Positions 46,987-57,900 of a DNA stretch of 64,000 nt are shown here, one piece after another. Numbering within the stretch: the stretch's first letter is position 1; every line of letters starts with the position of its first letter. Origin of the DNA: Candidatus Pacearchaeota archaeon (lineage in GTDB: Archaea > Nanobdellota > Nanobdellia > Pacearchaeales > GW2011-AR1). A program made the position numbers and the translations under genes. Location of the stretch: the NCBI GenBank assembly GCA_038885615.1, contig JAVZZP010000001.1:198646-262645 (forward strand). Direction: 5' to 3'. The notes beneath the pieces are model-generated. The model worked only from the letters and a program-made list of their open reading frames with translations, was not told the origin of the DNA and did not search any database.

Positions 46987-47280
46987 TTATTGTTTATAAT
47001 AACTTTTATTTTTTATAATTGAGTTATATTTTTCATAAACCTGACTTGGAATTGACCAACGAATTCTTTTTGAGTAATCTTTTCCGTTGCTATTTTTAGA
47101 TATTCTAATAACCAAATTCTCTTTTTCAAGCTCTAGAAGAACGTTTTTAATAAACTCTTCATCCCTAACTAACTCTTCTGCTATTTCAGAGGTAAAAAGA
47201 GATCTAGGAAAAGAATTAAAAAGGCAAAAAACGACATTTTCTTTAATCTTTTTAATTTTTTCTTTTGAAAGTTTGGGCAT
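46987..47280 (-). CDS. small winged-helix DNA-binding protein
   Basis: FTSEIAEELVRDEEFIKNVLLELEKENLVIR pattern. Confidence 0.45.
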   Translation of the reverse strand: MPKLSKEKIKKIKENVVFCLFNSFPRSLFTSEIAEELVRDEEFIKNVLLELEKENLVIRISKNSNGKDYSKRIRWSIPSQVYEKYNSIIKNKSYYKQ

Positions 47281-47313
47281 AAAAATAAATAAAATAGCGA
47301 ATTTTTATACTTT

Positions 47314-49863
47314 ATGGAAGAAATAGAATTTGCTAAAAAAGAAGAAGATAATAAAATAAACGAAATGCTAGATGAAACTCTAAAAAAATGGTTTTTTTCT
47401 AAGTTTGAAAAGTACTCTGAAACACAAAAATACTCCATACCTGAAATAAAAGCTAAGAATAATATTTTGATTGCTGCTCCTACGGGAGGTACAAAAACAT
47501 TGAGTTCTTTTTTGGCAATATTTGATAGGTTAATAAGATTAATAAAAACAAATTCTTTAGAAGAAAAAATTTATGCAGTTTATTGCTCCCCTCTAAAAGC
47601 ACTTTCAAATGATGTATACTTTAATATAATAACCCCTATTGAAGAAATTAACAATCTTTTGAAAAATGATGGCTTTGAAAAAACAATAAGGGTTGGTCTA
47701 AGAACAGGAGATAGCAGCCAGAAAGAAAGAGAAAAACATAAAAAAGAAATACCGCATATCCTAATAACTACTCCTGAAAGTCTAGCGATTCTTCTTAATA
47801 CTTCGCTAAAAGAGTCATTAAAGTTTATAGAGTATGTTATAATAGATGAAGTTCATTCTTTGGCCGAAAACAAAAGAGGAGTTCATTTATCCTTAACATT
47901 AGAAAGATTAGAAGAAATCTCTCAAAAAAGCTTTGTTAGGATAGGACTTTCTGCTACAGTTGCACCTTTAGAAGAAATAGCAAAATATTTAGTTGGTAAA
48001 GGGAGGAGTTGTAAAATAGCTGATGTGTACATACCTAAAAAGTTTAGTATTGAAATAATAAATAGTTTGAAAGATATTGATACAAATAATAAACTTCTAG
48101 AAAAAATTAATGAAATAGTTGAAAAACAAAGAACAACTCTTATTTTTACAAATACTAGAGCAGCTACTGAAAGAATAATAAAGAACTTAAAAGAGAAATT
48201 TCCAACAAAATATTTGGATAATATTGGTGCACATCACTCTTCCTTATCAAAAGAAGAAAGAAAAATTGTAGAAGAAAAGCTAAGGAATGGGAAATTAAAA
48301 GTTGTAGTTTCTTCAACGTCTCTTGAATTAGGTATAGACATAGGATTTATTGATTTGGTAATATTATTAGGCAGTCCAAAATCTGTTTCAAGGGCTTTAC
48401 AAAGGATAGGAAGAGCAGGGCATAAGTTACATGAAACAGCTAAAGGTGTTTTTGTGATAAGTGATTATGATGATCTTGTAGAATGTTCTGTAATAAAAAA
48501 GAACTCTTTGGAAAAAAAGATAGATAAAGTCCATATACCAAAAAACTGCTTAGATGTTCTTTCTCAACATATAGTTGGAATGGTTTTAAACAAAGATTAT
48601 AATCTGAATGATTTATTTGAAATAATAAAAAAAAGTTATTGCTATAAAGAATTAACAAGAGAAGAATTTTTGTCAGTTATATCTTATTTAGCTGGAGAAT
48701 ATTCTCTTAAAATAAAAAATTTTTATCCTAAACTGTACTATGACAAGGAAAAGAATATTGTTAAAAAAAGAGGAAAATTGCTTAAAGTTATATATTTAAC
48801 AAACATAGGAACAATACCTGATGAAAGTTACTTGAATGTTTTAACAAAAGAAAAAAAAGAAATCGGAAAAATAGATGAAATTTTTTTTGATTCTTTAAGA
48901 AAAGGCGATGTTTTTTCTTTAGGTGGCAAACCATATACTTTTCTTTATGAAAAAGGAATGAATGTGTATGTTGCTCCTTCTGAAAGAAGCCCAAACATTC
49001 CACACTGGTATTCTGAAATGCTCCCTTTATCCTTTACAACTGCGGAATCTATCCAAAATTTCAGAAAATTATTAAAAGAGAAAATAGAAAAAGAATTACC
49101 AAAAAAAGAAATAATTGACTTTATAAAATCATATCTTTATTCCAATGAAGAAAATGCTGAAGAAATTTACAACTATTTTATAAAACAAAAAAAAGTATCT
49201 CATATACCAAATGAAAAAGAAATTTTAATAGAAAATTATACAGGAGAAAAAAACTTTTTTTTATTTCACTGCGTTTTTGGAAGAAGAATAAACGACGCAT
49301 TCTCTAGATTGTTATCCTATCTTTTAGCTATGGAAAGAAAAAAAGATGTAGAAATTGGAGTAAATGATAATGGATTTTATTTAGCTGGAGAAGACCTAAA
49401 TTTTCAATTGATAGATAGAACAGTGAATAAAATAAGAAAAGACAATATAAGAGAATTACTTGAAAAATCCTTGGAAAAAACAGAAATTTTGAAAAGAAGA
49501 TTTAGGCATTGCGCTACTAGAGGACTAATGATCTTAAGAAATTATAAAGGAAAAAGAAAGAGTGTTGGAAAACAAAAAATGTCTTCAAAAATAATGTTAG
49601 GTGTTATTTCCAAATTAACAAAAAACTTTCCTTTGCTAAAGGAAGCAAAACGAGAAATATTAGAAGATGTAATGGACATAAAAAATCTAGAAAGAATTAT
49701 AGAAAAAATAGAAAGAAAAGAAATAGTTTTTATTAAGAAAAAAACCATTATACCTAGTCCTTTTGCTATCAATCTTGTTTTTCAAAGTCATCAAGATTAT
49801 TTAAGAATAGAGGATAAAATAAAATTTTTAAAAAGAATGCATGAGATCTATGAAAAACTATAA
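47314..49863 (+). CDS. lhr: Lhr-core type DEAD/DEAH-box helicase
   Basis: Motif I AAPTGGTKT, motif II IIDEVH, SAT region; the 849-aa length and C-terminal domains are typical of Lhr-core. Confidence 0.8.
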   Translation: MEEIEFAKKEEDNKINEMLDETLKKWFFSKFEKYSETQKYSIPEIKAKNNILIAAPTGGTKTLSSFLAIFDRLIRLIKTNSLEEKIYAVYCSPLKALSNDVYFNIITPIEEINNLLKNDGFEKTIRVGLRTGDSSQKEREKHKKEIPHILITTPESLAILLNTSLKESLKFIEYVIIDEVHSLAENKRGVHLSLTLERLEEISQKSFVRIGLSATVAPLEEIAKYLVGKGRSCKIADVYIPKKFSIEIINSLKDIDTNNKLLEKINEIVEKQRTTLIFTNTRAATERIIKNLKEKFPTKYLDNIGAHHSSLSKEERKIVEEKLRNGKLKVVVSSTSLELGIDIGFIDLVILLGSPKSVSRALQRIGRAGHKLHETAKGVFVISDYDDLVECSVIKKNSLEKKIDKVHIPKNCLDVLSQHIVGMVLNKDYNLNDLFEIIKKSYCYKELTREEFLSVISYLAGEYSLKIKNFYPKLYYDKEKNIVKKRGKLLKVIYLTNIGTIPDESYLNVLTKEKKEIGKIDEIFFDSLRKGDVFSLGGKPYTFLYEKGMNVYVAPSERSPNIPHWYSEMLPLSFTTAESIQNFRKLLKEKIEKELPKKEIIDFIKSYLYSNEENAEEIYNYFIKQKKVSHIPNEKEILIENYTGEKNFFLFHCVFGRRINDAFSRLLSYLLAMERKKDVEIGVNDNGFYLAGEDLNFQLIDRTVNKIRKDNIRELLEKSLEKTEILKRRFRHCATRGLMILRNYKGKRKSVGKQKMSSKIMLGVISKLTKNFPLLKEAKREILEDVMDIKNLERIIEKIERKEIVFIKKKTIIPSPFAINLVFQSHQDYLRIEDKIKFLKRMHEIYEKL

Positions 49864-50566
49864 CTTAATTGGGCCAACAATATATTTGAAAAAAGAAAAA
49901 GTTTTAATTATTGGAGATACTCATTGCGGATTTGAAAAAGAGCTAAGAAGAAAATTTGGCAGTTTGTATTTGGGCCAAGAAGAAAAAAGTTTAAAGTTAA
50001 TAAGAGAAATCTTAGGAAAGATAAAGATAATAAAAGAAATAATTTTTTTAGGAGATATAACTCACTCTTTTAAATACAAAAAAGATGAAGTAACAGAATT
50101 CAAAAAAATAATTGAACTTGTAAAGAAAAAAGAAGAAAAAATTAAGATAATCGTAACTAAAGGAAATCATGATTTATTCTTAAAAGAAGAGTTTTTTGAA
50201 AATAAAGCAAAAATAGTTGATTTTTATATAAAAAAAGATATTCTTTTTATTCATGGTGACAAAAAATCCTTAGAAAAAGCTAGAAAAGAGATAGAAAAAG
50301 CTAAAAAAATTTTTTTTGGTCATTTTCATCCTGCAATAGAATTAACTGATGGAATAAAAAAAGAGATGTATAAATGTTTTTTAATAGGAAAATATGATAA
50401 AAAAGAATATTTTTTATTACCGAGTTTTTTTCCTTTAATTGAAGGAAGAGACATAAGAAAAAACAATGAGATTAATCTTAGTTTAATAAACAACTTGAAT
50501 GTTTTTGTAATAGATGATGAGTTTAATGTTTATGACTTCAAAAAATTAAATAACTTAAAAAATTAA
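49841..50566 (+). CDS. Lhr-associated metallophosphoesterase (MPE-like)
   Basis: IIGDTHCG, GDITH, GNHD and GHFH motifs; the gene overlaps the lhr 3' end. Confidence 0.6.
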   Translation: MRSMKNYNLIGPTIYLKKEKVLIIGDTHCGFEKELRRKFGSLYLGQEEKSLKLIREILGKIKIIKEIIFLGDITHSFKYKKDEVTEFKKIIELVKKKEEKIKIIVTKGNHDLFLKEEFFENKAKIVDFYIKKDILFIHGDKKSLEKARKEIEKAKKIFFGHFHPAIELTDGIKKEMYKCFLIGKYDKKEYFLLPSFFPLIEGRDIRKNNEINLSLINNLNVFVIDDEFNVYDFKKLNNLKN

Positions 50567-50570
50567 AGAA

Positions 50571-50651
50571 CGCTCCCACCAGGAATCGAACCTGGAAGCC
50601 CGAAAGGGCGCGGTTTTCGAGACCGCTGCACTACCATTGTGCGATGGGAGC
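50571..50651 (-). tRNA. tRNA-Ser (anticodon CGA), class II
   Basis: Reverse complement GCUCCCAUCGCACAAUGGUAGUGCAGCGGUCUCGAAAACCGCGCCCUUUCGGGCUUCCAGGUUCGAUUCCUGGUGGGAGCG has a long variable arm; anticodon loop CUCGAAA. Confidence 0.8.
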
Positions 50652-50694
50652 TAAAAAATAAAAGAAAAAAGAAGTTAAAAAGATAACGAAAAAT

Positions 50695-51129
50695 TTAAAT
50701 AAACATTTCCATCCAAATTCTTTCATCTCTCTTAAATTCTTTAAAGCCTATTTTTTTATAAAAATTTTCTGAATTCATTTGAGGATAGGTTGTTAAAAAA
50801 ATTCTTTTATATTTGTTTTTGCACAAAAATATCGCTTTTTCTATAAGTTTTTTACCTAAGCCTTTGCCTCTTTTTTCTTTTTTAATATAAATTCTAGAAA
50901 ACCTAGCATCATCTCCTTCCTTTTTTATGCCGAGTGTTCCTATTATTTCACTTTCTTCCTCTATAACTAAAAATTTTTCATATTCTTTTTTTATATTGTC
51001 TAAATCTTTAAGATTAGAAGCAGAATTAAAAATTTCTAATAAAACTTCCTTAATAAAATTTTTTATTTTTTCTCTGTCTTCTTCTTTATATTCTCTTATT
51101 CTCATTAAAAATTTACTCTTTATTCCCAA
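50695..51129 (-). CDS. GNAT family N-acetyltransferase
   Basis: RGKGLGKKLIEKAI acetyl-CoA binding motif. Confidence 0.75.
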   Translation of the reverse strand: MGIKSKFLMRIREYKEEDREKIKNFIKEVLLEIFNSASNLKDLDNIKKEYEKFLVIEEESEIIGTLGIKKEGDDARFSRIYIKKEKRGKGLGKKLIEKAIFLCKNKYKRIFLTTYPQMNSENFYKKIGFKEFKRDERIWMEMFI

Positions 51130-51529
51130 TTTTTAAAGAAGGTAATCTTATATGAATAGGCAAACCCAGCTCTTCTTCAAGTTCAATTGCTCTAATAGAA
51201 CATTTTTGCATTATAAGATTTAAAACAACTGTCTGAAAGTCATTATTTAATTTTTTATCTTTCCATTCTTTAAGAACTTCTTTAAAAGTCTTAGAATCTG
51301 TTTTTAACAAAGTAAAACCTTCTAAAAGAATTTCAGCAAAATCTTTATATGTGACTTTAAAAGAAAAATCTATTTTTAGAACATCTTCTTTAAGAAGATT
51401 GACCTCATGCTTTTCAATAGAAGAAATATTTATAGAGTTGTTTATTTCAAGAGTGCCTTTGAAATTTTGATTTTTCCAACCTGATATTTTTGTTAAGTTA
51501 AATCCTAAAACTGAAATTTCCATTGCCAT
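51113..51529 (-). CDS. hypothetical protein
   Basis: 138-aa ORF, no motif recognised. Confidence 0.3.
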   Translation of the reverse strand: MAMEISVLGFNLTKISGWKNQNFKGTLEINNSINISSIEKHEVNLLKEDVLKIDFSFKVTYKDFAEILLEGFTLLKTDSKTFKEVLKEWKDKKLNNDFQTVVLNLIMQKCSIRAIELEEELGLPIHIRLPSLKIGNKE

Positions 51530-51574
51530 AAAAGAAAAATAAAGATTAGTTTATAAATCTATTCCTTTAAAAAA

Positions 51575-51829
51575 TTAAAATAAATCTTCTTCACTTATAA
51601 CAACGAAATCACCTATTGCTATAACTGAATGATATGGAATAAAAGCTTCTTTATTGCCATTTTTTTCTATAGCTAAATTCATAGCATAAGTTGTTAGATC
51701 TCTTAAAACTAAATTTATTAGTTCTCCTGTCTTTGTTTCGAAAGTTATATCTTTAACAGTGCCTAATCTTTTTCCTTCTTTTGTAACAACTAATTTTCCT
51801 AAAAAAAATTTGTAAGGTCTTTTTTCCAT
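51575..51829 (-). CDS. PRC-barrel domain protein
   Basis: LGKLVVTKEGKRLGTVKDITFETKTGELINLVL pattern. Confidence 0.45.
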   Translation of the reverse strand: MEKRPYKFFLGKLVVTKEGKRLGTVKDITFETKTGELINLVLRDLTTYAMNLAIEKNGNKEAFIPYHSVIAIGDFVVISEEDLF

Positions 51830-51888
51830 AAGAAAAAAAGAAAAATATAGTTTTTAAATCTTTTTATGTTAAAGAAAATAAATAGAAA

Positions 51889-52067
51889 ATCTCTCTGAGA
51901 GGATAATTTCCTATGGAAAATAATGTCTGAAAAAATAATGGAAACTAAAAATATAAAATATATATTATATTATAGAAAAGTTTTTAAATAAATATTAAAA
52001 TTTTTCAAAACAAAAATCTTTTTAAATATTTTGTTTTTTTTCCATAGGAAAAAGAAGGGTGAGAGAA
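51889..52067. promoter_or_regulatory. predicted oriC: two inverted ORB-like elements flanking an AT-rich DUE, immediately upstream of orc1/cdc6
   Basis: tttcctatggaaaa at 51907-51920 and its exact reverse complement ttttccataggaaa at 52038-52051 (TTCC-N-GGAAA mini-ORB core), each extended by a gagag/G-rich element. A 117-bp AT-rich spacer lies between them. Confidence 0.6.
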
Positions 52068-52167
52068 TTTTTCATAAAAGTTCGTATAATCTCCTAAAGA
52101 AATGAGGGTATTTTACCACTATTTCGAGTAAATAAATCTTTTTATATTCATCATATTTTTTTTCTTT

Positions 52168-53382
52168 ATGGCTGTTGAACTATCAAATATATTCAATTCT
52201 GCTTTAGAAAACTCTTTGTTCTTAAACAAAAGTGTTTTACAATCTAGTTATAATCCTTCCACAATACCTCATAGAGAAAAACAAATTGAGCAAATAGCAT
52301 CTATTCTAGCCCCTTCTCTAAGAGGTGAAAAAGTTAGTAATTTATTTGTTTATGGAAAGACAGGTACTGGTAAAACTCTTTCAATTTTATATGTCAAAGA
52401 TGAACTTTTAAAAAAAGCTAAAGAAATTAATGCTAATTTAAGAATAGAATATTTGAATTGTAAATTAAGAAAAGTTTCTGACACTGAATATAGGATTTTG
52501 GCTGCTTTAATAGAAGAACTCGGAGGAAGTGTTCCTGCAACTGGTCTTCCGACTCAACAAGTTTATAACAAATTTGTAGAACTGATTGATTCAAAAAAAC
52601 AGCTAATAATTTTAATTTTGGATGAAGTTGATCAGGTTGTTAAAAGAATCTCAGATAGTTTTCTTTATAGCTTATTAAGATTAAATTCTGAATTGAGCAA
52701 GTCTCAAATTTCTTTAATAGGTATTTCTAACGATGTTACTTTTTTGGACAATATAGACCCAAGAGTTAGAAGTTCTTTGGGGGAAGAGGAAATTCTTTTT
52801 CCAACTTATAATGCTTTACAGTTGCAAGATATTCTAAGAGAGAGGTCTAAGTTAGCTTTTAAGGAAAATGTTGTTGATGACGCAGTAATTTCTAAATGTG
52901 CTGCTTTAGCTGCAAGAGAGCACGGAGATGCAAGGAGGGCTCTTGATTTATTAAGAATTGCAGGAGAGTTAGCAGAAAGAGAGGGAAAAAAGTTAATAAC
53001 TCTTGAAAATTTAGATATGGCAAATGAGAAAATAGAAAGGGACAAAATTTTAGATCTTGTTGAAAGTCAACCAATTCAATGCCAAGTCGTTTTGTATTCT
53101 ATTATAGTTTTAACAAAGCAAAAACAAAATGAGAAATCAAAAATTTTTTTTACGGGAGATGTTTATAATATTTATAGCGATCTTTGTAAAAGATTAAAAC
53201 TTGAAGTTTTAACTCAAAGAAGAGTTTCAGACATCATTGCAGATTTTGATATGTTTGGTTTAATAAATGCAGTAGTTATCTCTAAAGGTCGCCACGGAAG
53301 AACTAGAGAAATAAAGCTTTCCATACCTCAAAATATAATTGAAAAAGTAGAACAAATCTTAAAAAAAAGTTTATCTCTTTAA
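52168..53382 (+). CDS. cdc6: Orc1/Cdc6 replication initiator
   Basis: Walker A GKTGTGKT and Walker B ILDEVD, with a winged-helix C-terminus. Confidence 0.9.
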   Translation: MAVELSNIFNSALENSLFLNKSVLQSSYNPSTIPHREKQIEQIASILAPSLRGEKVSNLFVYGKTGTGKTLSILYVKDELLKKAKEINANLRIEYLNCKLRKVSDTEYRILAALIEELGGSVPATGLPTQQVYNKFVELIDSKKQLIILILDEVDQVVKRISDSFLYSLLRLNSELSKSQISLIGISNDVTFLDNIDPRVRSSLGEEEILFPTYNALQLQDILRERSKLAFKENVVDDAVISKCAALAAREHGDARRALDLLRIAGELAEREGKKLITLENLDMANEKIERDKILDLVESQPIQCQVVLYSIIVLTKQKQNEKSKIFFTGDVYNIYSDLCKRLKLEVLTQRRVSDIIADFDMFGLINAVVISKGRHGRTREIKLSIPQNIIEKVEQILKKSLSL

Positions 53383-53387
53383 TTTTT

Positions 53388-54902
53388 ATGGCAAACGGGA
53401 ACGAATTATTGAAGTTTTGTATTCAGAATAGCATAGTTTTTGATAAAGATTTATTTGAAAATCTTAACAAACTAAACAAAGAACTGGCGATAAAAATAAT
53501 TTTTTCTTTTTCTAAATTAGGAAAAAAAGGATTAATTTCAAAGAAAATTTTTTTAGATTCATACTACGAGATAAAAAGTTTTTTTAGTGAAGAGGAATTT
53601 ATTTTTGTCAAAAATTTTTTTATTTCATTAGGTTTTAAGGAGCAACAAATAAAAAAAAATATAGAAGAGAAAAAAATTTTAGATGATTTTAGAATAATTT
53701 CTTCTTTCAATTCTTCTCCGAAGAAAATTTCAGTTTCAGATTTTGTTGATATGTTTAATTATAGGTATAATTTTTTAAAAGATATTTTAATTAAAAAAAA
53801 CCTTGGAAATTATAAATCTCTAAGGAAAATTTCTAAGGATTCATCTAACTCAATTGTCGTAGTTTCCATTTTGAATAAGAGAATTACAAAAAATAATAAC
53901 ATTATTTTCGATGTAGAAGATTCTTCAGGTGTTGGAAAAATTGTTGTTAATTCTTTAAAAGAGGAACTTTTTGAAAAAGCAAAAAAAATTCTTTTAGATG
54001 ATGTTGTTGCATTTTCTGTTATATCAAAAGGAGATATTTTTTTTGCTAAAGAAATATTTTTTCCAGATTGCTTTTTAGAAGAGAAAAAAAAGTCGAGTAA
54101 AGAAGAAATTGTCGCATTCATTTCAGATTTGCATGTAGGTTCAACAATGTTCTTAGAAAAAAATTTTAGAAAATTTTTGGAGTGGGTAAATTCCAATGAT
54201 TCTTTTTCTTCTAAATTGAAGTATATATTTATAATTGGGGACTGTGTTGATGGTACTGCTGTTTATCCTGATCAAGAGAGGTTTTTGTTAATAAAAGATA
54301 TGTATAAACAATATGACTTTTTGGCAGATCTTTTAGAGAGTATAAGAAAAGACATAAAGATTATAGTTTGTCCTGGGCAGCATGACGCTGTCTGGGTAGG
54401 AGAACCTCAACCACAAATTCCTAAAGATTGGGCAAGAAGAATTTATGAAATGGGAAATGTTTTTCTTGTTTCTAACCCATGTCTTGTTGAAATAGGTGGC
54501 ATTTTTAAGGTTTTAATGTATCACGGGGCAGGAATGCACGGAATTATAGAGTCTATTGATGAAATAAGAACGAACTTTGGTCATAGATCGCCTGCAAGAG
54601 TGGTTAAAGAAATGTTAAGAAGAAGACTTCTCTGTCCTCCTCATGGAAGTTATGATTACATTCCTTCTTCTAAGAAAGATTATCATCTAATAGAAGAAAT
54701 TCCTGATATTGTTTGTACTGGCGACCAGCATAGACCAGAAGTTTCTTATTATAATAATATTCTTATTGTTTCTTCTTCTTGTTGGCAATCAAAAACGCCC
54801 TTCGAGGAGAAAGTGGGCCACGAACCAGATCCTTGCAAAGTGCCGTTATTTAATTTAAAAACTAGGGAAATTAAAATATTGGACTTTTCAGATGAAAAAT
54901 AA
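53388..54902 (+). CDS. polB: DNA polymerase II (PolD) small subunit DP1
   Basis: Calcineurin-like phosphoesterase C-terminal domain (DLHVGS, GDCVDG, CPGQHD). Overlaps the large-subunit gene. Confidence 0.85.
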   Translation: MANGNELLKFCIQNSIVFDKDLFENLNKLNKELAIKIIFSFSKLGKKGLISKKIFLDSYYEIKSFFSEEEFIFVKNFFISLGFKEQQIKKNIEEKKILDDFRIISSFNSSPKKISVSDFVDMFNYRYNFLKDILIKKNLGNYKSLRKISKDSSNSIVVVSILNKRITKNNNIIFDVEDSSGVGKIVVNSLKEELFEKAKKILLDDVVAFSVISKGDIFFAKEIFFPDCFLEEKKKSSKEEIVAFISDLHVGSTMFLEKNFRKFLEWVNSNDSFSSKLKYIFIIGDCVDGTAVYPDQERFLLIKDMYKQYDFLADLLESIRKDIKIIVCPGQHDAVWVGEPQPQIPKDWARRIYEMGNVFLVSNPCLVEIGGIFKVLMYHGAGMHGIIESIDEIRTNFGHRSPARVVKEMLRRRLLCPPHGSYDYIPSSKKDYHLIEEIPDIVCTGDQHRPEVSYYNNILIVSSSCWQSKTPFEEKVGHEPDPCKVPLFNLKTREIKILDFSDEK

Positions 54903-57900
54903 ATCAGAAGAATACTTCAGAGTTTTGAATGAGAAAGTAAAAGAAGAGTATGAATTAGCTAAGAAAGCACGAGAAAAGGGCTTTGACAATACAAACGAGG
55001 TAGAAGTCCCTCTTGCTTCAAGCTTAGCAGAAAAAGCAGTTGGTTTAATTGCTACTATTTATCCTCAACTCAAAGATTCAAAAATTTCTAAAAGAATAAT
55101 TGAGTTAGAAGAAGAATATGGAAAACTTGATCCAGCTATTTGCTTAAAAATAGCGGAAGAAATTGCTAAAGAAAAATTTTGCAAGTTTAAGAGCTTATTA
55201 GAGGGAATTGACGCAGGCATAAGGGTTGGTTTTGCTTATATAACCTTAGGTGTTGTTTCCTCTCCAATAGAAGGTTTTACCGGTTTAAAAATTGGAAAAA
55301 GAAGGGATGGAAAAGAATATTTTATGCCTTATTTTTCTGGGCCGATAAGAAGTGCAGGGGGTACAGGGGCAGCTTTTTCTTTGATAATAATAGATTATTT
55401 AAGGGAAATATTTGGTTATGAAAAATATGATCCGAGCCAAGAGGAAATAAAAAGAGTTTTTACAGAAATTGTTGATTATCATGAAAGAATAACCAACTTG
55501 CAGTATTTTCCAACGGAGGAAGAAATTTTGTTTTTGGCAGAAAATGTTCCGTTACAAATTTGCGGCGATCCAACAGAAGAACTAGAGGTTTCAAATTTTA
55601 AAGATCTCCCGAGAATTGATACAAATAGGATAAGAGGAGGAATTTGTTTAGTTTTGGCAGAAGGGCTTGCTCAAAAAGCTGCTAAAATTTTGAGAATGGT
55701 TAAGGGATTGAGAGAGAAAGGTTTTAAATTATCTGATTGGGATTTTTTAGAGAAGTATGTTGAGATTCATAAAAAAAGAGAAAAGGGTTCAAAAGATATT
55801 ACACCTACATACATAAAAGATCTTGTTGCAGGGAGACCTATATTTGGTCATCCTTCTAGAAGTGGAGCGTTTAGATTTAGATATGGTCGTGGGAGAACTT
55901 CTGGTTTTTCAGCTACTTCTATTCATCCCGCAACGATGTTTTTAACAAACTCCTTTATTTCTAATGGAACTCAGTTGAAAATAGAAAGGCCAACAAAAGG
56001 ATGCGTTGTTACAGCATGCGATTTAATTGAAGGGCCGATTGTTAAATTAAAAAACGGCTCTGTAAAAAAAATAAGTGATGTTGAGGAAGCAAAAAAGATT
56101 TATGAAAATGTAGAAGAAATTCTTTATTTGGGAGATATTCTTTTTTCTTTAGGAGATGTTATAAATAGAAATTCTGAATTAATAAGGCCAGGGTATGTTG
56201 AAGAGTGGTGGTATTTAGAATTAAAAAGTTTTATTAAAGAAGATATCAATCCTTTTGCCGTTTCTTTAGAGGAGGCGATTTTTTATTCAGAAAAGTATAA
56301 AGTTCCTCTACATCCAAAATATATTTTTTATTGGTCTCAGGTCCAAAAAGAGATGTTTCTTAATCTTTTAGAATTAATTTCAGAAGGAACCTACAATGAA
56401 AAGTTAATATTACCTTATTCTTCTTCTTTCAAAGAGAAATTTATTTTGGGAAAAAGATGCTTGGAAATTGCAGGTATTGAACATGATGTTTTTCTAGATA
56501 ACATTATTCTAAAAGAAACAAATGCTTTTTTCATAAATTTAGGCTTAACAAAAGAGAATTTTAAGGAAAAATCAAAGGAACTTTTTCAAAAATTTTCTGA
56601 ATCAAACAAAGACGTTTTAGACTTTATTAATGATTTTTCTTTTTTTAAAATAAAGGATAAAGCAGGGGAATTTATAGGGGCTAGAATGGGAAGGCCTGAA
56701 AAAGCAAAACTGAGAAAACTTACTGGAAGCCCAAATGTTCTTTTTCCGGTTGGAGAAGAAGGTGGCAGATTTAGGAGCGTGAATGAAGCATGTAGTATAG
56801 GTTTTGTTAGCGCAGATTTTCCTCTTTTTTATTGCCCAAAATGTGAAAAAGAAGTAATATATCCTAAATGTCCTTTTTGTAATGAACAGGCAGAAAAAAG
56901 ATTTTTTTGTGAAGACTGCGGCGGAATTATTAGGAAGAAGTGTGAGCATAAAAATTGTTTTGGTTTTAAAACAAAAAAACTAAATGTAAAAGATTATTTT
57001 GATAATGCAGTTTCTTTATTAAATTTGGATAAAAACGAACTTCCCCAATTGATAAAAGGCGTAAGAGGTACTTCTAGCGAAAATCACGAAGTTGAGAATC
57101 TAGTGAAGGGCTTTTTAAGGGCGAAATATGGGCTTTGTGTAAATAAAGATGGAACGATAAGATATGACGCTACAGAAATTCCAATGACTCATTTTAAGCC
57201 CTTTGAGATAGGTATCTCTTTAGAGAAATTAAAAGAACTTGGTTATAATTATGATTCTTTCGGAAATCCTTTGGAAAAAGAAGATCAAATTGTTACACTA
57301 ATGCCACACGACATTTTATTGCCTTCTTGTCCTGTTTCGGCTGATGAAAAAGCAGATGATGTTTTTTTCAAGGTTTCTAAATTTCTTGATGAACTCTTAG
57401 AGAAACTATACGGTTTGCCACCTTTTTATAATTTAAAATCAAAAGAAGAACTTATTGGCAAACTAGTTGTTTGCATGGCACCGCATAATTGTGCAGGAGT
57501 TATTGGAAGAATAATAGGTTTTACTAAAATGCAGGGAATTGTAGCAAGTCCTTTTATGCATGCAGCGATGAGAAGAGATTGTGATGGTGATGAAGCAGCA
57601 GTTATGTTGTTATTGGATGTCTTAATTAACTTTTCATTGAAATATTTACCTTCACATCGTGGGGGAACTCAGGATGCTCCTTTAGTTTTGAATACCCACA
57701 TAAGAGAAGGAGAAGTGGATGACCAAATTTTAGACCTTGAAACTTGCTGGAATTATCCTCTAGAACTTTATCAATTGGCAGAAAACAAGAAACATTCTTC
57801 AGAAGTAAAAATCGATAATGTTAAAATTTTTTTGAAAAAAGGAATAAACTCTTTTGAAGAGATAGGTTTTACTCATGACACTTCTAACATTCATTTAGGG

